A stretch of 64,000 nucleotides of DNA. It comes from a virus. The DNA lies in IMG/VR virus record IMGVR_UViG_3300021425_000005. The stretch is one strand, 5' to 3'. Of the stretch, positions 56,603-64,000 are shown in pieces. The translations under genes were made by a program, and so were the position numbers. Position 1 is the first letter of the stretch. Each line of letters opens with the position of its first letter. Under the pieces are notes generated by a model that saw only the letters and a list, made by a program, of their open reading frames with translations, made no database searches and had not been told where the DNA came from.

Positions 56603-58075
56603 CTAATTCAGCGTAATCAGCGGTGCTGTTACAGTATAATTTCCACCAGCTGTAACTGTATAAACTGCAGTTGTTTGAGTCATCGCGGCTGTTGTAAACG
56701 ATGTCGCCGCATGAGTATATGTAGCAGCTGCAGAAGTAACAGCCATCGCACCAATTGTGGTCATTGTCAATATACCGCCTGTGTCGATATTTGTATTCAG
56801 AGTCGCAGCCAAGTTTATTTGACCAGCAGTGGCACTGAATGCACCGAGTGTGCCAGCTGACATATTAATATCTTTCAGGGTAATTACTTCCATCGAACCA
56901 AGACTACTGAAGAACTTGAGACCACCAACTGATGACAATGCATATTTACCACCAACAGTTTCATTTTTACGACCGCCGATCTGCGTCGCAACACCACCTT
57001 TGACAGTAAGATGATCTTTACCTGCTGGAACAATACCACCAATAAATGGTATGGTGATTGGCGGCTGATCAGTCATACATCCGATCACTGTATATCTTGA
57101 GCCATCAACACTGATTTTCTGATCAGAAATAACTTCAAGCGCATCTGTTCCCTGAACTTTAACGAATCGACCACCACGAATAGTTTGGTAGAGATCACCG
57201 CCGATTTCTTCAATACGATTACCATCGACTTTCATATTAACATCACCCTTGATTGAAAGAGTCAAATCTCCCTCAACATAAAGAGTTTTATCTTTATAGA
57301 TTATTTCAAAATCATCACCGACAATTTTTTGAACATACGAACCATCAGGCTGATACTCTTCATGAGAACCTGAAGTGTGAAATGTATGGATTCTTTCAAA
57401 TCCAGGAGTATCATCAACTTCAAATACATGACCGCTCTCAGTTTCTCTTACTTTATTAAACGGATACGCAGATCCAGAAATACCATTACCTTGTGGATCT
57501 GGTTCGTCCCAAGCAGGAACTTCTTCCCCATCATCATCTTCAATTTCGGCAAGGCTAGAGTTTTTTATCGAAGGTGCAGCATCGTTAATACCCTCAAATT
57601 CAGATGGTCTGGCTTTCGGAACACCAACAATTCTTAAATCTCTTCTTGAAATTAATGATGGATGTGTTTCTGCAACTTCATCACCCCTAGCAAGACGCGA
57701 TAAAGAAGATTCATCAATCAAAGCCTCTTTCGGGTATTGACCATTCGGGTCTGAGAATCCTGAATTTGGGTCTGGGAGAACAGTGTCAACACCGCCTAAT
57801 GAACCCATAATAATGGGGAGCTGGCAATCTTCATCTGTAAAAAATCCAACAACAGTAGAACCTGTGACAAGTCCTGTCCCATCGTGTCCAACACCAGAAA
57901 CTGCAGCAGAGCCAACAGGTTGTATGGTCATCGCCCATGGTAATTCTTCAGTTGGAAGAACAGATTTGTCTCCTGTGTGATAGCCTTGTATACGAACTCT
58001 ATATCGCCCAACTTTCATTGGATCGTTTCGATCTTCTACAACACCAATCCACCAGTTAAAAGGAACATTCTGCAT
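56603..58075 (-). CDS. gp5: gp5 baseplate hub/spike (no lysozyme domain evident)
   Basis: WWIGVVEDRNDP..GRYRVRI OB fold; YPFNKVRETESGHVFEVDDTPG; beta-helix C-terminus. Confidence 0.93.
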   Translation of the reverse strand: MQNVPFNWWIGVVEDRNDPMKVGRYRVRIQGYHTGDKSVLPTEELPWAMTIQPVGSAAVSGVGHDGTGLVTGSTVVGFFTDEDCQLPIIMGSLGGVDTVLPDPNSGFSDPNGQYPKEALIDESSLSRLARGDEVAETHPSLISRRDLRIVGVPKARPSEFEGINDAAPSIKNSSLAEIEDDDGEEVPAWDEPDPQGNGISGSAYPFNKVRETESGHVFEVDDTPGFERIHTFHTSGSHEEYQPDGSYVQKIVGDDFEIIYKDKTLYVEGDLTLSIKGDVNMKVDGNRIEEIGGDLYQTIRGGRFVKVQGTDALEVISDQKISVDGSRYTVIGCMTDQPPITIPFIGGIVPAGKDHLTVKGGVATQIGGRKNETVGGKYALSSVGGLKFFSSLGSMEVITLKDINMSAGTLGAFSATAGQINLAATLNTNIDTGGILTMTTIGAMAVTSAAATYTHAATSFTTAAMTQTTAVYTVTAGGNYTVTAPLITLN

Positions 58076-58076
58076 T

Positions 58077-59456
58077 CTAACCTCCCAAGCTATCGCGCAT
58101 CAAACGCAATACCATTTCATGATTATTAGGTTGAATCTTGTGTCGAATACCGACAATCATATAAAGACCAGAAACAAAAGGATCTTCTAAATCATCTTTA
58201 TCTGGTTCTGTAGTTTTATCTTCAGTTTTTGGAAAAATTAACCTAACCATTAGACCCAAATCTATGTCTGATTTTCCTGGAACAACAATCTCAATTACAT
58301 TATTTTCGATTTCAGCCATAGAATAACTTCTGATTAGCTCATTACGAACTTGTTGAACACCTCTGCTATATGATGATGCATACGGTGATGTAGCCATCGG
58401 AGTGAATTTTCTAACTGCTAATGGATTACTCAAAACACCTTCATTTATGGTATTAAATTCTCCCATAACAGTAAAATCTTCAAAAGACTCTTTAATATAT
58501 TTTCTATCTTCTTCCGCTATATCTTTAGACTCTGGTCTATTATCATATTTCATTGTCAGTAAAGTTTTTGTTACGAAATCGTATGAATTCACCGCTTGTG
58601 AATGAAATCCTGTTAGGTTATTTAAAATCAAACTTTTGAACTTCTCATAACGCATAGTTTTGATTGTATGATAACGACTATTTAAATATTTCGTTTGATA
58701 CTTATACTTTCCGCTTCTGATATCATCATAGATTGGATCTTCTTGACTTTCAACTTTCGTATATTCATCATAAATTGAATTGGCGTCTTTTTGAGATTTC
58801 ACCATAGATTCCAAAGAACCGAAATAATATGAGTCTTTTCTTTCAAAAAACAAAAAGTTTGTTTTATTGAGCGTATTACCGCGACTTCTCGAAGCTACAA
58901 AGTTCAAACATTCAAATGGAGACCAGTGATTAGCAATAAATTCGAAATTATTAGAGGAATGTGGAACATCAGCTATTTCCATTTCACTTTTACCGCTTGA
59001 CTTTCCATTCGCGGATTCAATTCTCTTAATTTTTATGTCATTGAAGATCTGTGCTGCGATTTCGTCTGTCGAACCTTTATATTTACCAGTCAAAATTGAT
59101 GCAGTGTTTGTATAAGATTCTGGAGATATACATTCAAGAGTATATCTTTGTTCTCTGTCTCTAACAAGACTCCTATTTGTTACAGAGTGTATCAAAAAGG
59201 TTCTATGAAAACTCTCATCAATGTTTGGAGTTTTAAATTTTATTGTAAGACTTTCTTGACCTGTGATCGGGATAGCTGTTATAAGACCGATAGCATCTGA
59301 AATTTGAAAATATGAAGTCATAGAGTTAGATAATACATCCAAGTAAATATCAAACTCCATAATAAAGTTTTTTATATCTGTAGAACCGCTAATATTCGAA
59401 GAGATATATGCCTCTTCGATGATCACATCACCAGCACTGGAATTTATTTCTGACAT
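58077..59456 (-). CDS. Baseplate hub protein (gp27-like)
   Basis: PITGQESL, FLFFE, VPGKSDI, SGLYMIVGIRH; between gp53 and gp5. Confidence 0.7.
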   Translation of the reverse strand: MSEINSSAGDVIIEEAYISSNISGSTDIKNFIMEFDIYLDVLSNSMTSYFQISDAIGLITAIPITGQESLTIKFKTPNIDESFHRTFLIHSVTNRSLVRDREQRYTLECISPESYTNTASILTGKYKGSTDEIAAQIFNDIKIKRIESANGKSSGKSEMEIADVPHSSNNFEFIANHWSPFECLNFVASRSRGNTLNKTNFLFFERKDSYYFGSLESMVKSQKDANSIYDEYTKVESQEDPIYDDIRSGKYKYQTKYLNSRYHTIKTMRYEKFKSLILNNLTGFHSQAVNSYDFVTKTLLTMKYDNRPESKDIAEEDRKYIKESFEDFTVMGEFNTINEGVLSNPLAVRKFTPMATSPYASSYSRGVQQVRNELIRSYSMAEIENNVIEIVVPGKSDIDLGLMVRLIFPKTEDKTTEPDKDDLEDPFVSGLYMIVGIRHKIQPNNHEMVLRLMRDSLGG

Positions 59457-59458
59457 AA

Positions 59459-59962
59459 TTATTCATTCATTAGTTGATAATATTCATTCACAAAGTCTTT
59501 AATATACCTATTCGAGACAACTTTTATATTTTGCCTGTTGTCATTTTCAATTTCTTCGTGGCGTAGATGAGAAACTTCTTCGATTTCACCATTAGCTAGT
59601 TTGGCTCTGTCATATTCTACACAAATTTCTGGTCTTTCTGGGAGAATCCAGTGATGTGTATTACCGCTATTGCCGACACCGTATTTCTGATCAACAAAAT
59701 TTCTCAGAACTTCATCTGACATATACCATTCATTATATGGATCTATAATATTATTAACAAGCAATATTGTCCAATATAGTTTTGGATCCCTATAAAGTTT
59801 GTATGCAACATCTTCTGGCTGCTCGCCGCTTTGAATTTCATAATATTCTAAAATGAATTCGTTTGTTGCAGCATCAATCGGAGCAACACGGCGTAGAATG
59901 TCAGTTACAGTAACGAAACTTCCATTGAAAATATACCCAATCTTTGGTATTTCTTTAAACAT
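59459..59962 (-). CDS. gp53: gp53 baseplate wedge subunit
   Basis: GEQPEDVAYKLY...YWTILLVNNIIDPYNEW. Confidence 0.9.
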   Translation of the reverse strand: MFKEIPKIGYIFNGSFVTVTDILRRVAPIDAATNEFILEYYEIQSGEQPEDVAYKLYRDPKLYWTILLVNNIIDPYNEWYMSDEVLRNFVDQKYGVGNSGNTHHWILPERPEICVEYDRAKLANGEIEEVSHLRHEEIENDNRQNIKVVSNRYIKDFVNEYYQLMNE

Positions 59963-61179
59963 TAATAACCTGTTCCTGTTCCATTTGTAAGTTGACCACT
60001 ACCACTAGGATCTTTGGTGAGCAAAGAAATCTCTCTAAACTGTAGAGCAACAGTTATTTCTGACGGTGCACCAGAAGTTCCTCTAAATGTTGTGAAGACT
60101 CCTTCTGAACCATAGTCAACACTCATATCGGTTAAAACTGATGTGGCAATTTTATTGACAAATGTATTTCTAGATTCTTTGTATCTGTATTCTAAATCAA
60201 AAACTGATGGAAACACAAAGAAAGCTCCTGAAGGGTCTTTTTCTGGATGCATGTGAAATTTCAACAAATCAATAATACTCATGACTGTAGCAAATTCCGA
60301 CGAGTTTCTTGGAGCAAACTTATATTGAAACGCAAAGTTTCTGAAGTTCATTGTTTTAAAAATCTGCTCCTGATACGGATTGCGAACCTTTTTACTTGTG
60401 GCTCTTGAAAGTGCACCGAAGTCAGCCTGACCCAAACCAAGTTCTTTAGGTATTGTTGCTGCTTCAGCCATTGTTCGCACAATTACATCAGTTCCTGTTC
60501 CACTGGCTGCTTCTTCTAGCATAGCACCAATACTGGCTTCACCGCCAAGTGCCCCCAACAAGGTTCCGATAGCTTCATTCTCATATGTTGCACCATATTT
60601 TGCTTGCGGAGATTGAGCGATATGAAGTTGAATGACATCTTTTATTCTGAGAGCTGGTGCAGTTTGGACTGTCGATGCATTTTGCGCTAACTTTGCACCA
60701 ACACCGCCACCTATTGCGCCACCTCCAAATTTGCCTATTAAATTACCAATTTTACCTAAACCTTCCGTCGCCTTACCAGCAACATATGCACCAGCAGCTG
60801 CTGATGCAATAGAAACCCCAGCTTCAACCGATTTAGCATATCTTTCAGAGTTTTCAGCTGTGACCTCGTTGCCAGTTCTTGCTGACGGAACAGCACCAAT
60901 CTTTTCTGATAACGCTGCATTAGCACTATTATTACCATCAATTATTTGTTGTTTAGTCGCTCCTGGAACATATTGGCTGATAAAAATATTCAGAGAATGT
61001 GGTTGTTCGTCATTACCCAGATTTCCTGGATACTTATAGATTGATGCAGGTCTATTAGATTCACGAGAAGTTAAATCGATTGCTCGTTGAGCTGTTCCTT
61101 CTCTTTGTCCTGGATTTGATTTCGCTTGAGCAGCTGCTGTTGCTTCTGCTCTACTTTGAATTTCGGTAGTATCTGCCAT
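59962..61179 (-). CDS. gp48: gp48 baseplate tail-tube cap
   Basis: NPYQEQIFKTMNFRNFAFQYKFAPRN, FHMHPE, LTDMSVDYG. Confidence 0.9.
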   Translation of the reverse strand: MADTTEIQSRAEATAAAQAKSNPGQREGTAQRAIDLTSRESNRPASIYKYPGNLGNDEQPHSLNIFISQYVPGATKQQIIDGNNSANAALSEKIGAVPSARTGNEVTAENSERYAKSVEAGVSIASAAAGAYVAGKATEGLGKIGNLIGKFGGGAIGGGVGAKLAQNASTVQTAPALRIKDVIQLHIAQSPQAKYGATYENEAIGTLLGALGGEASIGAMLEEAASGTGTDVIVRTMAEAATIPKELGLGQADFGALSRATSKKVRNPYQEQIFKTMNFRNFAFQYKFAPRNSSEFATVMSIIDLLKFHMHPEKDPSGAFFVFPSVFDLEYRYKESRNTFVNKIATSVLTDMSVDYGSEGVFTTFRGTSGAPSEITVALQFREISLLTKDPSGSGQLTNGTGTGY

Positions 61180-61188
61180 TGAAAACTC

Positions 61189-61225
61189 TATAAATAGTTT
61201 TTATTCTTATTCAATCTTATTTATA
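61189..61225. promoter_or_regulatory. Face-to-face T4 late promoters for gp4 (+) and gp48 (-)
   Basis: TATAAATA on + at 61189-61196 and on - at 61218-61225. Confidence 0.8.
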
Positions 61226-61669
61226 ATGCCATATTCAAAGAATCTTCATCAAGGAAAATTTAATCCCCAAAATCCGCAGAAATATCGCGGAGATAGGACA
61301 AAGATTGTTTATCGCTCATCATATGAGCTGAAGTTTATGAAATGGTGCGATCTCAATGATAATATTAAAGAATGGGGTTCTGAAGAAATTGCCATTCCAT
61401 ATCGCTCCCCGATTGACGGAAGAATTCATAGATACTTCCCCGACTTTTATATGAAGCTCAACAATAAGAAGTATCTTATCGAAATAAAGCCAGAGCGTTT
61501 CACCAAAGAGCCGAACATACCCAAACGAAAAACCAAACGCTTTATTGAAGAAGTCAAACAATATGGCACTAATATCGCAAAATGGGAAAGTGCCACAGAG
61601 TTTTGTCTTGATCAGGGTTGGGAATTTAAGATATTAACCGAGAAAGAATTAGGCATTTCGTATAAATAG
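61226..61669 (+). CDS. gp4: gp4 head completion protein
   Basis: YRSSYELKFMKWCD, WGSEE, HRYFPDF, IEIKP, FKILTEKEL. Confidence 0.93.
   Translation: MPYSKNLHQGKFNPQNPQKYRGDRTKIVYRSSYELKFMKWCDLNDNIKEWGSEEIAIPYRSPIDGRIHRYFPDFYMKLNNKKYLIEIKPERFTKEPNIPKRKTKRFIEEVKQYGTNIAKWESATEFCLDQGWEFKILTEKELGISYK
61661..61668 (+). promoter_or_regulatory. T4 late promoter (gp2)
   Basis: TATAAATA 5 nt before the ATG. Confidence 0.8.
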
Positions 61670-61673
61670 GGTT

Positions 61674-62240
61674 ATGGCTAATCCTTTTGAACAAATACGA
61701 GCAAACTCGGACAATCAACGAAAAAGTTTTCAGTGGTATCAGAGGCAAGTTCGGCAACTAGCGAGTAACATCAACTCGCCTGCAGATGCTATGCGAAATG
61801 ATGTTTTTGAGACAGTTGGTAATATTGAAGTCGGAAGTATGTATCTTTATCGATACGATCCAAAAACAAAAGACAAACTTCCATATTATGACACATTTCC
61901 TCTTGTTCTTCCTTATGAACCAGCAGCTGGTGGATTCTATGGTTTGAACCTTCATTATCTGCCTTATATGCTTCGCGCAAAGGTTTTGGGCGAACTTATG
62001 GAAACAGCCAACAGCAAAACGATAAGCACAGATACTAAAATGAGATATAACTGGTCATTGTTAAAGGGTGTCGGTAACGAAATCCGCCCTTGTGTTAAAA
62101 GATATCTCTTGAGTAATGTAGTAACAAGATTCTATAAAGTAAATCCAGAAGACTGGAAGGCGGCGATTTTCTTACCTATTGAGAACTTCCAAGGCGCGAC
62201 GAAAGATAAAGTCTTCAGAGATTCAAGGGCAATGATCTAA
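61674..62240 (+). CDS. gp2: gp2 DNA end protector
   Basis: YDPKTKDKLPYYDTFPLV, GLNLHYLP, CVKRYL, AIFLPIENF. Confidence 0.92.
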   Translation: MANPFEQIRANSDNQRKSFQWYQRQVRQLASNINSPADAMRNDVFETVGNIEVGSMYLYRYDPKTKDKLPYYDTFPLVLPYEPAAGGFYGLNLHYLPYMLRAKVLGELMETANSKTISTDTKMRYNWSLLKGVGNEIRPCVKRYLLSNVVTRFYKVNPEDWKAAIFLPIENFQGATKDKVFRDSRAMI

Positions 62241-62857
62241 TGGCTAGAGCAACTTTCAACCTAAACGATTTTCTATCAAATATCAGGAGTCAAGACCTAG
62301 CAAGAGCAAGTAGATTTGAGATCGTTATGTCAAGCGCATCAAATCGTGGAAGTAACAGAGAAATATCTTTGCTTTGTGAAGAAGCAGCAATTCCTGGACT
62401 CATCTCAACCTTCGCTCCCACCAAGATAGGTAACTGGACTGAGTATCGCGCACATGGTGTTGAATTTTTTGGCGACAATGCAACGCTGACTTTCTACTGT
62501 AACACTGATTGGAATGTGAGAGAATACTTTGAATCTTGGATGGGAACTACAGCCAATATGACATCCAAGGAAGTTGGTTTTTATGACGATTATGTTGGAG
62601 AAGTAGACATCTATACCCTTGATAGAAATGACAAAAGAACAGGTAAATGGCAACTGAAAGAATGTTGGCCACGACTAATCAACTTAACACCTGTCAGCCA
62701 AGCATCAGATGCGCCAGTTCGTGTTACAGTTACATTTACCTATCGTTATTGGACTTCTGATACTTTAGACGATAGCCCGATCGGGAATATTAAAAGATTC
62801 GTAAACATTCTAAAAGATGGCGATTTCGATGAGATCGCTGATAAACTAGGATTTTAA
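62240..62857 (+). CDS. gp54: gp54-like baseplate tail-tube initiator
   Basis: LARASRFEI, LCEEAAIPG, YFESW, VTFTYRYW (tube fold). Confidence 0.75.
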   Translation: MARATFNLNDFLSNIRSQDLARASRFEIVMSSASNRGSNREISLLCEEAAIPGLISTFAPTKIGNWTEYRAHGVEFFGDNATLTFYCNTDWNVREYFESWMGTTANMTSKEVGFYDDYVGEVDIYTLDRNDKRTGKWQLKECWPRLINLTPVSQASDAPVRVTVTFTYRYWTSDTLDDSPIGNIKRFVNILKDGDFDEIADKLGF

Positions 62858-62875
62858 CAAAGGTGAAATAAAATT

Positions 62876-63577
62876 ATGGCTTTACCGCAAATTGATGTGC
62901 AAACATTCAAGTTGAATATAAGTTCTTTAAATAAAGAGTATAAATTCAGACCATTTCTTGTGAAAGAAGAAAAACTCTTGGTTATGGCTAACGAGTCATC
63001 AGACTCAAGAGATATGCTTACTGCAGCGCAACAAATTATTACTAATTGCTCATTCGGAAAAGTGAATGGTGAAAAATTACCTCTTTTCGATGTCCAAAAA
63101 GTGTTCCTCGATATTCGCTCGCAATCGGTTGGTAGCGTTATTGAATTGAATGCTAATTGTGGTGAATGTGATGCGAAAGCGGATGTTTTTCTAGACCTTG
63201 AAGCTGTTGAAGTGAAAACTGTTGAAGGACATAAATCAACCTTCAATATAACTGATAAGATTGCAGTAGAAATGCAATATCCCACTGTTGAAGAAGTCCA
63301 CGACTTGGTTCACGCGACAGAAGAAACAGATGTTTATATTGTTGCAGCAAACAATATCAAAACAGTTTTCACTGAAGATGAGACAATTGACTTTTTATCC
63401 AATGCTCCTGACGAAAGGGTCGAATGGATTGAAAATTTGACACCAGAGCAATTCAAAAATATAAAAGAATTTTTTGAAACTATGCCACAATTATATCATA
63501 CATTAGATTTTAAATGTAAGGAGTGTGGGAAGGACAATTACCTTGTGATTGACGGATACCAAAATTTTTTCGTCTAA
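62876..63577 (+). CDS. gp26: gp26-like baseplate hub assembly protein
   Basis: MALPQI, RPFLVKEEKLL, IRSQSVG, two CxxC, FFETMP; ends NFFV. Confidence 0.85.
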   Translation: MALPQIDVQTFKLNISSLNKEYKFRPFLVKEEKLLVMANESSDSRDMLTAAQQIITNCSFGKVNGEKLPLFDVQKVFLDIRSQSVGSVIELNANCGECDAKADVFLDLEAVEVKTVEGHKSTFNITDKIAVEMQYPTVEEVHDLVHATEETDVYIVAANNIKTVFTEDETIDFLSNAPDERVEWIENLTPEQFKNIKEFFETMPQLYHTLDFKCKECGKDNYLVIDGYQNFFV

Positions 63578-63597
63578 CTCTCTCTCATGAATCGCTC

Positions 63598-63750
63598 ATG
63601 AACCTGTTTAAGACAAACTTTCTAATGATGCAGGAATATGGGTATTCGTTGACCGAACTAGAAAAGATGGTTCCATGGGAGAGAGAAGTTTATGTTAGTA
63701 TGTTGTTAGAACACCTAAAGAAGAAAAACGAAGCAGCGAAAAAGAGATAA
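63598..63750 (+). CDS. gp51: gp51-like baseplate hub assembly protein (possibly made as a -1 frameshift fusion with gp26)
   Basis: Hand-translated MNLFKTNFLMMQEYGYSLTELEKMVPWEREVYVSMLLEHLKKKNEAAKKR; not in the ORF track. Confidence 0.8.
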   Translation: MNLFKTNFLMMQEYGYSLTELEKMVPWEREVYVSMLLEHLKKKNEAAKKR

Positions 63751-63753
63751 CAA

Positions 63754-64000
63754 ATGGCTTTACCTTTATTAGCATTAGGCGCAAGAATGACAGCATCACA
63801 AGGTGTGAGGGCTGGAGCAACACAAGCTGTCCGAAGAGGCGCAACCCAACGAGCTGCTGCAGCTGGCGGTGGTCGCAGAGGCGGCGGTATTGGATTCATG
63901 GACATGATGGATATGAAAGGCGTTGCTAATAATGTCATCGATTTTAAAACAGGCAAGGCTGCAACAAGAAGTAATGGAATGTCTATGGGTGGTTCTGCAC
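63754..64000 (+). CDS. Partial CDS, probable tape-measure (gp29-like) N-terminus
   Basis: MALPLLALGARMTASQGVRAGATQAVRRG..., open to the window end; position directly after gp51. Confidence 0.55.
   Translation, partial: MALPLLALGARMTASQGVRAGATQAVRRGATQRAAAAGGGRRGGGIGFMDMMDMKGVANNVIDFKTGKAATRSNGMSMGGSA

Noticed and set aside
61226-61669. TnsA-like transposase or homing endonuclease
   Set aside because: The PD-(D/E)xK-like motifs are those of T4 gp4, in its normal context next to gp2.
81-63956. Many short antisense or alternate-frame ORFs (e.g. 2925-3476+, 23947-24393+, 31456-31872+, 63690-63956-)
   Set aside because: They are shadows of codon-biased real genes, with no SD, motifs or operon logic.
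1-64000. tRNA genes or stop-codon reassignment
   Set aside because: Intergenic gaps are too short or show no cloverleaf by eye, and core genes translate intact under the standard bacterial code.

Overview
This window is a 64-kb, AT-rich segment of a T4-like myovirus. Gene content resembles marine T4-like phages; no photosynthesis genes are in the window and the host cannot be determined. From right to left it contains the tail/baseplate genes (gp4, gp2, gp54, gp26, gp51, tape-measure start; gp48, gp53, hub, gp5, gp25, PAAR, gp6, gp7, gp8, a 1996-aa DUF4815/VrlC-like protein and fibres). Next comes an ~7.7-kb accessory island (32.8-40.5 kb) with five glycosyltransferase-like genes (one fused to a degenerate radical-SAM/SPASM domain), a fatty-acid desaturase, a methyltransferase-like gene and a 2OG-Fe(II)-like oxygenase, beside a fibre-module protein with a perfect (Y-x-G-x)n repeat. 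Then follow a neck-fibre cluster, the neck/packaging/head module (gp13-gp23, gp3), uvsY/uvsW and gp55. Two tandem cobalamin-binding radical-SAM genes and other accessory genes lie between gp55 and gp47/gp46, followed by peptide deformylase and a CobT-like/CobS-like pair. T4 late promoters (TATAAATA) and sigma70-type promoters are easy to see, and many point to leaderless mRNAs. The best candidates for undescribed biology are a putative virion-protein modification system (YxGx protein plus tailoring enzymes), the tandem B12 radical-SAM enzymes, a lambda G/GT-like -1 frameshift joining gp26 to gp51, and a non-canonical start codon. All product calls come from motif recognition and synteny, not database searches.
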